Assembly: GCA_964016885.1 (NCBI GenBank)
Contig: OZ024752.1
Location: forward strand, 41,912,001 to 41,976,000
From: Eledone cirrhosa
Taxonomy: Eukaryota
DNA: 64,000 bases
Direction of reading: 5' to 3'
Position numbers and translations under genes: made by a program. Every line of letters starts with the position of its first letter. Within the stretch, counting starts at the first letter, position 1. Below the pieces are notes generated by a model. The model was not told where the DNA came from and ran no database searches. It was given only the letters and a program-made list of their open reading frames with translations. Below are positions 34,438-44,432 of this stretch, in pieces.

Positions 34438-37320
34438 ATTTATATATACATATACACACATTTATATATACATACACACAGACATCTATATTTATATATA
34501 CATACACACACACATATATATATATACATACACACACGCACATATATATACATATACACACTCACATATATATACATATACACACACTCACATATACATA
34601 CATATACACACACTCACATATACATACATATACACACACTCACATATATATACATATACACACACACTAAGGTGCAGAGTACTCCTCCGTACACCATTAA
34701 AAACCGGATATATACACACACACACATACATTTATATACACATACAGACATATTTATGTATACTTATACACAGACATCTATATTTATATAAACATACACC
34801 CACATATATATATATACATACACACACACATATATATACACACTACTAGGGTGTAGGGTATTCCTCACGTACACCATTAAAAACGGGATATATATACACA
34901 CACATACACATTTATATACATAGACATATTTATATATACTTACACAGAGACATCTATATTTATATATACATACACCCACATATATATATATATATACATA
35001 CATACACATATATATATATATACATACACACACATATATATATATATACACACACATATATATATATACATACACACACATATATATATATACATACACA
35101 CACATATATATATATACACACACATATATATATATACACGCTACTAGGGTGTAGGGTATTCCTCACGTACACCATTAAAAACGGGATATATATAAACACA
35201 CATACACATTTATATACATAGACATATTTATGTATACTTACACAGACATCTATATTTATATATACATACACACACACACATATATATATACACACTACTA
35301 AGGTGTAGGGTATTCCTCACGTACACCATTAAAAACGGGATATATATAAACACAGAGGGGGGTTTTATGAAATTAATAAAGCTTCACTAATGAGATCTGA
35401 CAATATAATATATGTAAATATAGGTAGAATATACTTCACATGAAAAATAGGGTAAACATCTTCCCTTCACCCTTCAAAAGATCCATCACCACTGAAGCGT
35501 AAATAAATATATCCACGTCCTTTTAAAACGTGTGAAACTCTTAAACATTAAATACAATGTCTATATTGTTTAATATTTATATTTTAAACATTATTTATAA
35601 AGAAGGGTTGATTAAGTAGCATGTAGTAGATTGAAATTTAACCCTTTTGATACGCAGCCGTCTTAAACTACCCCCGATTCCAAACTACAGCTTAATAATT
35701 AGAAAGTTTGTGATACAGTATTACTAAATACCTCTAAATTATATATATTTTCAAAATTATTAAAAAAACCCTTAAACAGGTCTTTCATTAGAGATTTTGT
35801 TAACGAAAGGGTTGAGTATGTTTTTGTCTTTTGCAAGGCTACGACAACAAGTATTAATTATAAAATAATTGAACAAAACCGGGAACAACTTCTTGTTTCT
35901 GTCCATGTTTTATGTTTTATTCAACTATATTATAGTTAATATATGTTGTAGTGGCATTTGTAAAAAGCAAAACAAACTCTTAATTTGTTTATACTATTTT
36001 AATAATATAATATAATATATTTTATGAGCAATGAGAGGGGAAAATAGGAGGAAAGAAGGAAATGGTAAAATAAGTAATAACAAGTTACATTTTAGAGTTA
36101 GGATAAATAGATTTTGGCTAAATGTGTTTCCAAGAATAAAATAGAAATATATTTTTACTTTAAAATTGTCAAATATTTTATTGTATAGATATTTTATTGA
36201 AATATTTTTAAAATTAAAAAAGGAAAAACAAAACTTAGCGAGAAAGAAAATGAAAGCAAGATCGTCTGTATATAACAAGTGACATTTTAGAGATAAGATA
36301 AATAAATGTGGTTAAATGTGTTTCAATAATATTATATAAATATATATATATATATTTAATTGTGGTATATTTTATTAGAAACATAATTTATTATTAAAAA
36401 GATTTTCAAATTAAAAAAATATATTTAAAATATCGAAAAATACAGAAAGAGGTAACGATGTTGTAAAATAAGGATCTCACAGTGACATTTTAGCTAGATT
36501 AGTTAAATGTCTCCTACGAATTTATTATTTTTTGGTTTATAATTGTGAAATATTTTATTATATACACAAAATTTATTGAAATAATTTTAATATATATATT
36601 TCAAAATAAATTATATTCGATTTTAAGTCGATGTTTGTCTATATAAGGTAAGGTTTTTCCTTCAACAGGGGTTCTGTTAATGCCAAAAACGAAACTAATT
36701 TATAACACTCAATCGTAAAAGTTTTTAAAATCATTGATAAAACGAAAGTAAATTTTTTTTAATGAAAAATTAAACTAAAGTAGATGATACATATTAAATA
36801 AAATATATACAAGATGTTTTTATGCTCGATCGTTTGTAGTTTATTTATTTATTTATTATTCATAAGTTAGAAATCAAAATAAATAAATGTTATTATATTA
36901 TTAAAGTGAAAGTGATACAAAATATTTTTTTTTTAAATCGATAATATAACTTGGTTATTGAAATTAAAGTTAAGGCAGTTTGTCAATGACAATTTGCTGC
37001 ATTATAAACTGATCCCTGACTTTGCGGCCACAATGCATTTAAGATAGAGAAAGGGAGAGCACCGGCGGTGTCTTAATTACTTATAGAGTAAAAAGGAGGG
37101 AAATAAAGAGAGAGAGAGAGAGTAAACGAGAACTACTTTCTGTTGATGTTGATAGTAATTAGTTTACTTATGATGACAATAAATTAGAGATGATCAAAGA
37201 TGACATTACCTCTTCGCTGATGTTGCCGACAATATAATAGGTAACATCCTTAAACAAACGTTCGGGAGGCTCCAACGCCATAGCGGCTTTGGAATTATCT
37301 TTGTTTGTGTCGACCGTCAT
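8869..37320 (-). CDS. PAXIP1: PAX-interacting protein 1 (PTIP), 6-BRCT protein; whole gene, 20 coding exons, about 1022 aa
   Basis: Exons joined by hand at GT-AG boundaries keep frame (3069 nt). Peptides match PTIP motifs: [75 protein letters not shown]. Confidence 0.93.
9332..9407 (-). CDS. PAXIP1: PAXIP1 exon 19 ([25 protein letters not shown])
   Basis: C-x-ND-x-HLCR motif. Confidence 0.9.
9761..9895 (-). CDS. PAXIP1: PAXIP1 exon 18 ([13 protein letters not shown]...ESAGG...DDK)
   Basis: BRCT6 FYITP and AGG motifs. Confidence 0.92.
10268..10368 (-). CDS. PAXIP1: PAXIP1 exon 17 ([12 protein letters not shown]...PLFK)
   Basis: Linker similar to PTIP DEQNYILRDAEAE...PLFK. Confidence 0.9.
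11277..11445 (-). CDS. PAXIP1: PAXIP1 exon 16 (MVEKLGG...RTVKFFIAI...DKFL)
   Basis: BRCT5 with RTVKF phosphopeptide-binding motif. Confidence 0.93.
12397..12484 (-). CDS. PAXIP1: PAXIP1 exon 15 (LMNEA...PRILFTGF...FRM)
   Basis: LFTGF start of BRCT5; ttcag/gtgagt. Confidence 0.9.
12541..12879 (-). mobile_element. CORE/RTE-tail SINE copy
   Basis: Matches the family consensus. Confidence 0.85.
13662..13774 (-). CDS. PAXIP1: PAXIP1 exon 14 (KFTSVPKR...AKKRAR, NLS-like)
   Basis: KRAR motif as in PTIP; cacag/gtttgt. Confidence 0.82.
13806..15750. repeat. 44-bp minisatellite, about 44 copies, RTE-derived
   Basis: Unit gaatgttagagagaaatgaagtgg(a/t)catg(g/c)ttca(g/a)tggatgtgt. Confidence 0.95.
15750..16135 (+). 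pseudogene. Decayed RTE C-terminal coding fragment
   Basis: Degenerate [19 protein letters not shown]...[15 protein letters not shown], collinear with the RTE ORF at 21158-22573. Confidence 0.75.
16351..16394 (-). CDS. PAXIP1: PAXIP1 exon 13 ([14 protein letters not shown])
   Basis: W-x-x-PLK motif; phases fit both neighbours. Confidence 0.85.
17099..17283 (-). CDS. PAXIP1: PAXIP1 exon 12 ([12 protein letters not shown]...SHLM)
   Basis: KFEKAKEW motif; tttag/gtaag. Confidence 0.92.
17912..18087 (+). mobile_element. Internally deleted CORE/RTE-tail SINE
   Basis: Head ggaggcacat fused directly to the 3' half. Confidence 0.75.
18198..18354. ncRNA. Inverted dimer of a hammerhead-like motif
   Basis: ACAGG-CTGAATGA-(g/a)TT(a/g)GGGT ccaga ACCCTAAC-GAAA-CTTAAG-TA-CCTGT on both arms. 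Confidence 0.65.
18369..18699 (-). mobile_element. CORE/RTE-tail SINE copy
   Basis: Matches the family consensus. Confidence 0.85.
18914..19035 (-). CDS. PAXIP1: PAXIP1 exon 11 ([12 protein letters not shown]...GAKYTGYL...VCK)
   Basis: BRCT4; AAG acceptor, gttagt donor. Confidence 0.88.
19101..19326. mobile_element. piggyBac-like MITE (TTAA-CCCTTTAGCATT TIRs); copies at 16763-16979, 26260-26945 (tandem x3), 31270-31458, 44651-45239, 46720-46915, 52410-52967, 59836-60286, 60593-61165
   Basis: ttaaccctttagcatt ... aatgctaaagggttaa termini. Confidence 0.75.
20298..20627 (-). mobile_element. CORE/RTE-tail SINE copy
   Basis: Matches the family consensus. Confidence 0.85.
20669..20803 (-). CDS. 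PAXIP1: PAXIP1 exon 10 ([18 protein letters not shown]...KPCSNQ)
   Basis: VTAxWL motif; aacag/gtaagt. Confidence 0.92.
20842..22670 (-). mobile_element. 5'-truncated RTE-clade non-LTR retrotransposon in PAXIP1 intron 9; intact RT ORF plus 3'UTR and (ATG)n tail
   Basis: ORF 21158..22573, open back to about 22669 (NYRGIKL); motifs [35 protein letters not shown]; tail at 20842-20868. Confidence 0.95.
22817..23166. mobile_element. Family A hammerhead-bearing element, inverted dimer
   Basis: Cores near 22916-22976 (-) and 23075-23133 (+); other copies at 5124-5375 and 62248-62370. Confidence 0.7.
23348..23687 (-). mobile_element. CORE/RTE-tail SINE copy
   Basis: Matches the family consensus. 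Confidence 0.85.
24191..24286 (-). CDS. PAXIP1: PAXIP1 exon 9 ([10 protein letters not shown]...[15 protein letters not shown])
   Basis: BRCT3; tatag/gtaagt. Confidence 0.9.
25264..25355 (-). CDS. PAXIP1: PAXIP1 exon 8 ([16 protein letters not shown]...NWKQ)
   Basis: LLGCVF motif; phase consistent. Confidence 0.92.
25680..25940 (+). mobile_element. Helentron/HINE-like non-autonomous element
   Basis: aactagca..cccg start and cagacacacagac..ttttatatatagag end. Confidence 0.4.
26042..26165 (-). CDS. PAXIP1: PAXIP1 exon 7 (ISQMLG...YWGHDPGDK)
   Basis: GHDP motif precedes BRCT3 in PTIP; ttcag/gtaagt. Confidence 0.88.
26984..28003 (-). CDS. PAXIP1: PAXIP1 exon 6 (end of BRCT2 plus poly-P/poly-Q low-complexity region)
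   Basis: ORF 26948..28003; [10 protein letters not shown]...YHPRLL; ttag acceptor, gtaagt donor. Confidence 0.92.
28186..28523 (+). mobile_element. tRNA-derived CORE-type SINE with RTE tail (about 330 bp)
   Basis: A box TGGCTTAGTGG, B box GAGTTCAATTC, CORE-like ccttgagcaagacact..cagctgtagaaatgag, tail shared with RTE, (GAT)n end. Confidence 0.85.
28530..28874 (-). mobile_element. Same SINE, inverted tail-to-tail copy
   Basis: Reverse complement of 28186-28523. Confidence 0.85.
29078..29191 (-). CDS. PAXIP1: PAXIP1 exon 5 ([10 protein letters not shown]...[12 protein letters not shown])
   Basis: BRCT2 GG and THLI motifs; gcag/gtaag boundaries. Confidence 0.9.
29761..29916. mobile_element. 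hAT/Charlie-like MITE
   Basis: CAG...CTG ends flanked by ttctagac / ctctagat. Confidence 0.6.
30046..30106 (-). CDS. PAXIP1: PAXIP1 exon 4 ([20 protein letters not shown])
   Basis: Phase matches exon 3; TTCCTTGAC branch site upstream; gtaag donor. Confidence 0.88.
30107..31070 (-). other. U12-type (minor spliceosome) GT-AG intron 3 of PAXIP1
   Basis: 5' site GTATCCTTT; branch TTCCTTGAC at 30128-30120 with the A about 15 nt from the CAG. Confidence 0.88.
30802..30958. mobile_element. hAT MITE with perfect 8-bp TSD (TAGTACAG), inside the U12 intron
   Basis: Ends cagtggtctccaaa / tttgggaaaccctg; identical 8-mer on both sides. Confidence 0.8.
31071..31114 (-). CDS. PAXIP1: PAXIP1 exon 3 ([14 protein letters not shown])
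   Basis: ttttacag acceptor; donor GTATCCTTT (U12-type); BRCT W-x-x-x-S motif. Confidence 0.88.
32166..32303 (-). CDS. PAXIP1: PAXIP1 exon 2 ([12 protein letters not shown]...[11 protein letters not shown])
   Basis: ttttcag acceptor, gtatg donor, 138 nt, BRCT1. Confidence 0.9.
32455..32628. mobile_element. pogo/Tigger-like MITE (similar TA-flanked MITEs at 10042-10205, 24490-25012, 37464-37650, 2533-2605, 18708-18786)
   Basis: taccgtatttcccgg ... ccgggaaatacggta inverted termini. Confidence 0.7.
33848..33908 (-). ncRNA. Type-I hammerhead motif, family A, solo copy sense in PAXIP1 intron 1
   Basis: TTTCATT-CTGATGA-TTGAAAGCAAAA/TTTTGCTTTTAA-GAAA-CCACTGG-TA-AATGAAA. Confidence 0.7.
34380..35355. 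repeat. Compound (TA/CA)n array with a recurring core cctcacgtacaccattaaaaacggg (x4)
   Basis: Cores near 34670, 34845, 35140 and 35295. Confidence 0.8.
37210..37320 (-). CDS. PAXIP1: PAXIP1 exon 1 ([37 protein letters not shown])
   Basis: ATG at 37320 (alternative ATG at 37281); donor GAG|gtaatg; start of BRCT1. Confidence 0.85.
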
Positions 37321-37344
37321 TGCGGCAGCCGGCAACAATGTGGA

Positions 37345-37390
37345 TATTTTCCCGCTAAATCGCGAAAATCTCGCGCTTTCTCGCCTCTCC
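37345..37390. promoter_or_regulatory. CpG-rich PAXIP1 promoter-proximal segment with E2F-like sites
   Basis: TTTCCCGC at 37348-37355, CGCGAAAA at 37361-37368, TCTCGCG nearby, just upstream of the ATG. Confidence 0.45.
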
Positions 37391-38358
37391 ACTTTGAACA
37401 TATACACAGTAGTAAGTAGATTCAGCCAGTATACAATCTTTATATATTCATGTATATATGTATATACAGTGAAATTCCTTTATAACGAAATTCACGGAGT
37501 ATAAAAAAATTCATTGTAACGAAAAATTCTTTATAACGAGATCGATCGAAACTAATCGAGCATTTGTTTGTTATTACCACCGGGAATTGAAAAAAATTTC
37601 GTTATACTTAAAAATTTGTTATAGTGGTATTCGTTATAACGGAATTTTATATCTATATACACATATTAATTATATGTTTAAGGAGCGAACGAAGAAAAGA
37701 AATCGTTATTATCAAATCAATATACGCCCTAGTTACAACTACAACCAAGGTCAACCTCGCCCTTCATCATTTTGGTGTCTATAAAATAAAGTAGCAGTTA
37801 AATACTGGGGATCAATATAATCGACTTCCCCCCTTACCTCCTCACAAAATATTTCTGGCCTTGTGCCTATGTTGGAAACCATTATTAAGCATATTCGTGT
37901 GATTTCTATTTAATTCCTATTTATGAGTGTTTACATTTAACACAATTAAGACCACTGTGGAACCACGTAAATAGGAATTAAACCAAGACAGCATTAATAT
38001 ATTCTATCCATAATTTACAGTCTGAGTTCAAATCCCGCCGAGGTTAACTTTGCCTTTCATCCTTACGGGGTCGATAAAATAAAGTACCAGTAATGTACTG
38101 AGTGATTTGCTGGCCTTGTGCCTAAAGTAGAAACAATTAATATATTCTATCCATAATAATTGTTTCTACTATAGGCACAAGGCCAGCAATTACCCAGTGC
38201 ATTACTGGTACTTTATTTTATCGACCCCGTAAGGATGAAAGGCAAAGTCAACCTCGGCGGGATTTGAACTCAGATCGTAAAGGGACGTAACTATGCTGGA
38301 AAGCATGGCGTCCGACCCTCAACATAGACACAATGTCAATATATCAAAATATTTTAAA

Positions 38359-38400
38359 CCGAGCTGATGATCCGTCTAAGATGAAACAAATTGTTCTCGG
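38359..38400 (+). ncRNA. Hammerhead-like motif with damaged stem II
   Basis: CCGAG-CTGATGA-tccgtctaagat-GAAA-CAAATTG-TT-CTCGG. Confidence 0.55.
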
Positions 38401-38647
38401 GAATTGTGAATTAACTGTTGTTGAACTACTTCTACCAAACTCGTCCCATGGACTGAGTGTTCTACTACTACGGATATAACCCTCCAGTGTTCTACTATAT
38501 ATATATGTGTCTGTGTGTGTGTGCGCATAGAACAATAAAAAAAAGTCAGGTGTAGGTAGATAGTTCATTGTTTTTACGATCGTTTCAGAGGGTCGATTGA
38601 TCAATGGAGATCGATGTATCGACTAGCATGGTAGTGGTTAAGTTACG

Positions 38648-38712
<65 letters not shown>

Positions 38713-40690
38713 GAGAGTAGAAGGCCGAATTCCAATATATTCCTTTAATGTTGTAGAATTACATAATACGTATTTCCATGGCTGGCTTTCGTCATCAGAC
38801 CATGACGCAAGACATAAAAGATTTAATTTAGTAATCCCTACTGGGTTGCAGCAATATATAAACAAAGAATTGATACAAAGGTTGCTCGGCTAGCAATGCG
38901 ATCACTATGCATCGAATATATTGGGATCCGGCCTTCCATTTTTATTGACGTATTTAACTCTGTTCAGGCACCAACCACGAGATACCACATCTATGATGGA
39001 TGATACACATAACGTCGAGTGCTTTTTTTTAATAATCACATCACGATCTGACTGGAACCAATAAAAGCAATAAAATAAAACAAAATAAAAAAAACTTAGG
39101 TTTTTGTTATTGTTTGTGGTCGGCAACTTAGCGGTTCGACAAAAAGAGATCGATAAAATGGATATCACATTTGAAAAAAAAAAAAATGTACTTGGGTTGA
39201 TATGATCGATTAAATCCCTTGAAGGCAGCGCCCCCGCATGGCCGTAGTCTAATGACAGGAGCCAGAAAAAGAGTGAACGAAAAATAGTGGGGTCGATATG
39301 ATCGTTTTGAAGGCGGTTCCCCATTATGGCAGTACTCCAGCACTGCCTTAGTCTAATACCCGAAAAAAGAAAAGAAGAATAAGACTAGAAAAATAAAAGA
39401 AAAGCTAAAAGCTAAAAAGAAATGTACATTGTTTATAGAAGAGACTAGAATTATCTCCCTTGGAGGGTCGGTGGTCGGCCATATTGTTTTATTAATCATT
39501 AAATCCAAGTATTTGGTTTTTTTATTTCGGGAGAAAATATCACTGGAAGACAGGGATTTCTTGATTAGATCTATTTATTGCCTCGAAGTTCAATTGTAAG
39601 TATAAATACACACACCACTCACATATTAATAATCACTACACTGCTCTATAGTGATTATATTTACTCAAGTAATTGTCTTAGTTAACCTTTAATCCTTTCT
39701 TAAACATGTTTTATTTTAGTCTCAGACAAAACAATTAAAAGAACAACAAACATTTATAGATATTTTTTTTTTTTTTTGCTTTAGAATATATATATTTTAC
39801 ATATAAAATATCTTTTATTCTCCCACTTTTTAACCGTATATTATTATCTTATTTGTATATATATATTTGTCGCATAAACTACCTCAGTATTATTAATATT
39901 ATTATTATACAGATATAATGAGGATCTTTTTATGTATTATATTATATATGCAATATAATAAATAAAAGAAATTATTATTATTACTGTATTTTAATTATAT
40001 TCTTTAATTGTTAAGTATCATTAACATTAGATCTTGATTCTATAAAACGAAAATACCTCGTCCCTTTCACCGGATTCATTGCGTATATACATACACTGGG
40101 GTTCCTTTATCGGCTCATGGATGGATGTGTATATATATATATTATATATATAATGTGTGTGTGTATATATATAGGCAGTAAGCAGTCCCGAAATTTACAA
40201 TAAATACATCTGTTTATGTAAATATGATATGTAAACATGTCATATTTACGTATTTCCCCGTAGATGGAAAGCAAAAAAATATGTGTTCTTAATCGATTGT
40301 GTGTGTGTATATATATATATATATATTATATATATATACACACACACACACACAATCGATTAAGAACATATATATATATATATATATATAGTAATAATAA
40401 TATATATATATATATATACTGTCTGAATTTGCGACCGGCAACAATTGCAAAGACCAATGGAAACATTGTTTCCTCGGTCCAATTTGACGAGCTCCACCCT
40501 ACTAGTTAAGCGAATGAGATCTAGGATCTTGTCGATACACACACACACACACATTCACGCAGTGGGACTGCTGACCAGGTCGCAGACAGTGCGACAAATT
40601 TTTTGACAAGAAAAGAATATGAATTAAAGGTAACAGTATTTTAATGGTTAAAATGACACTTCCACAATTTGCCAGACAACAAATACACCT

Positions 40691-40728
<38 letters not shown>

Positions 40729-40895
40729 CATACAAGGTTGGTGTCTAGCTCTTTTGAGTTTTTTTTACCACTATATATATATATGTGTGTATATATATAT
40801 ATATATGTGTATATATATATATATATATAACATATATATATATATATATATAACATATATATATATATATATATAACATATATATATATATATAT

Positions 40896-40932
<37 letters not shown>

Positions 40933-43082
40933 CATATATATATATATATATATATTATATAATCTTTGTGCGGAGCATGCGAAATTAAGCCGGTGAATCG
41001 GACAAGATATTTTTGTTTTCTTTAACAACAACAAAAAACTAGCAAGTTCTATGGCCATTGATAGCCAATTTATTTTAGTATTTATTCTTAATTACCATTT
41101 ATCCGATATACCTCGATGAATATATGGTTAACCCTTTTGTTACCATATTTCTAATGAAAGGCACCGTCTATGATTGTCAAAACATTTGTGGAATTACGTT
41201 ATATAAATTAACTTAACTTTCCTATTATCTGGCTGGTGTTTGGAACATAACAAAGGTTCTTACATTAAATTATGATGGAAGGTTAACTTTGCCTTTCATC
41301 CTTACGGGGGTCGATAAAATAAAGTACCAGTAATGCACTGGGGTAATTGCTAGCCTTGTGCCAAAAAGTAGAAACAATTAAATTATGATGGAAGGTTTCT
41401 AAATAAAATATACGCTTTAAAATGAAGACTTCCGTATCATAGAACCGGTAGCGGTTTCGTATCAAAAGGGTGTATGATAACACCTTTGTATATAATAAGT
41501 ACACTGTTTGTTACTTAAGATATGTTAACATCATCATCACCATCATCATCATCACCAATAAAATATGACGCCGCATCAAACAAGGTCTAATCTTATTTTA
41601 GGTCGCAAACACAAGTGAAAGTAATTTTAATTACCTACAGTGAGATTTAAGTTTGTTTACTGTACATAAACCTATTGTATATACTTTCATATACGACTCG
41701 TGTATATATATATATGTGTGTATGTATATATATATATGTATGTGTGTGTATATATATGTGTGTGTATATATGTGTGTGTGTGTATATATGTGTGTGTGTA
41801 TATATATGTGCGTGTGTGTGTGTGTATATATATGTGTGTGTGTATATATGCATATATATGTGTGTGTATATATGCATATATATGTGTGTGTATATATGTG
41901 TGTATGTATGTATATTATGTCAGGTCACCAGTTGGTGCTACTGGTAACATGTATCCCAGTACAACCTGTCTCATGGTCGGGTCGTTGGCGACTAAACTGG
42001 CAACCCCACCAAGGTTTCTTGGTGAGGAGGGTGACTTTGGACATCCTGCAGGACTAAAAACAAAACCTGTCAAAGGGCAAGGGAGCTCTTAAGACTCAAT
42101 AGCCATCCAAAATCACCGGGAGAGATGACCCCTTAGCCTTTGTCAAGGCAGAATTCTAGGAGAAGGAAAACTCTGATATAACACCTGCAACCCTGATGGT
42201 ATCCAATGATGTTGACTTGTTCTTCTTTTTGGTAAATATCATCTTGGTTAAGAGAGTGGGACTGGCTTTGTGCAGTGCCTTTGCTCACTATAAAAGCTTC
42301 ACAGCACAGGCATTGCTTTATATCTGGAGATCTCTCTGCACTTGTCATCACATGGTCAATATGATGCACTATGTGTCAATAATGGTCACAAGTGTAGTCT
42401 TTGTACCAGAGTTTTCAAGTCGCTGGCTGGACTAAAAAGTCACATTCGTTCAGCGCATCGGTAGGGGTTCTCCTACATGGATATAAAGCAGTGGCCGTAC
42501 TCGAAAACGAGTTGGCAGCCACCATGTATGTATATATATATACATACACACAGACACACACACACGCTGGATTTACATATAAATAAAAATTAGATTGTCA
42601 TCATTGCCGTTTAACGTCCTTTCCCCCACACTAGCATGGGTTAGACGGACGAGTTGTCTTGTAAGACAAGCCAGATCAGATGATCGGGTGTTGCTCATAC
42701 AGAACTGGTTTTGGCTTGGTTACTAACGGCTGGATGCCTCTCCCAACGCCAACCACAATTACAGTCTGTACCGGGTACTTTTTGTTGTGGCACACACCTA
42801 CACGACCTCTTTACACTGTGAACTACATATATCATCATTTTCCGTATATTTTTTTCCACGCTAGCATGGGTTAGACTAGTTGTCCTGTTGTGGGCAATGC
42901 TAGGTCAGGTGACCATGTCTTGCTCATACAGAACTGATTTTGGATTGGTTTCTACAGCTGGATGCCCTTCCTATTTTGCAAGAGATGTCAACATGAAAGG
43001 ACCTGTTATTTCTATCTAAAGACATTTTTTTTTTCCAATTCCATCCCGCCCGTCCCCTTAATCTATTTTATTTCTCATTCTT

Positions 43083-43118
43083 TCTTCTGATGAAGGACTA
43101 GTGTCCGAAACGTTAAGA
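43083..43118 (+). ncRNA. Minimal Penelope-type hammerhead motif
   Basis: TCTT-CTGATGA-a-GGAC tagt GTCC-GAAA-CG-TT-AAGA. Confidence 0.65.
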
Positions 43119-43206
43119 CCCTCTTCCTGCTATATCAAGCGTTAACCTAATATATACCTTCCATATACTGTACCGATTGTGTTGTTATTTCTCTTTACCT
43201 TTTACA

Positions 43207-43285
<79 letters not shown>

Positions 43286-43574
43286 TTAATTAGAAAGTGA
43301 ACAACACAATATATAACTACTCCATTACCAAAGGTTTCAGGACCCTAAACAATATTAACATACGTCTAGTTCGCTCATCAGATAGGTTATCTAATTAAAT
43401 AGCTCTGTATTATACATAGAGCAATCTTTTTCCTTTGCTTTTTCTTCAAAAATAATTAACATATATACTATCAGGCTAAAATTTCTTTAGTCAAAAATAC
43501 GGTGAAAGCTTCTATTTCTAATTTCAAACTTGCTCACTGTTTCAAAACAAACATACTTACTTGATATATATATC

Positions 43575-43730
43575 TATCTAAGGCGGGTAAAATTCCCGAG
43601 ATCCATGGACGAGTTCTCTCCAGCGGTCTCTGTTGCTCATCATCGCTGCCATGTCCTGCATCTCCAACAGACCAGTGTCTGTCCTTAGGGCATCAACATA
43701 CGTTAACCTTGGTCTTCCTCTTCTAGTGTG
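43575..43730 (-). mobile_element. 3' end of another RTE-like LINE (second copy at 4990-5105)
   Basis: Encodes RGRPRLTYVDALRTDTGL...RDRW. Confidence 0.65.
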
Positions 43731-44282
43731 ATATATATATATATAATAATAATACTATTTATAGTTATGTATATAGTATAAACAACTATAAACAGACAGG
43801 AAGGTCAGTAATTTCCTATTACCTTATTACCAGTAAGAGAAATAGCTCAATGTATGAACATCAGTTGTTTTACAGAGCAGGAAAATAAATAAATAAATTA
43901 TACAATTATCAAAGTTGTGTTCAAATCATTTAATAGCTTGAACACAACTTTGATAATTGTATAATTTATTTATTATATATATATATATATATATATATAT
44001 TCAGCTTGTTTACTGTTTATATATTCACTTTGTTTACTGTGTATACATTAATTGTTTACTGTGTATACATATAAATTTCATAAGATCAAAGAAGATCTTG
44101 TCAGAGGAGATGAGAGCTAGTCCCTAAATACTGAACCTTACAGGGGAGATCATGGGGGAACACAAAAGGTGGCAAGGGCTGGTCATGCAGGAAAAGACCT
44201 GTCCAACCCATGCAAACATTGAAAAGCTGATGTATGATGAAAATGTGTACATCACCACTTTTTTATTTTTATCACTCATTTG

Positions 44283-44323
<41 letters not shown>

Positions 44324-44432
44324 TTTCCATTTGTTTTATATTATTTTTAGTGACCACGTGTGCTCTTCCGGTTATTTTTATCACTCATTTGAAATATCTT
44401 TCCATTTTTTTCAAATATTATTTCTAGTGACC

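Noticed and set aside
37321-37407. N-terminal extension of PAXIP1 from the upstream in-frame ATG at 37401
   Set aside because: No resemblance to PTIP and it overlaps promoter-like motifs; cannot be excluded without TSS data.
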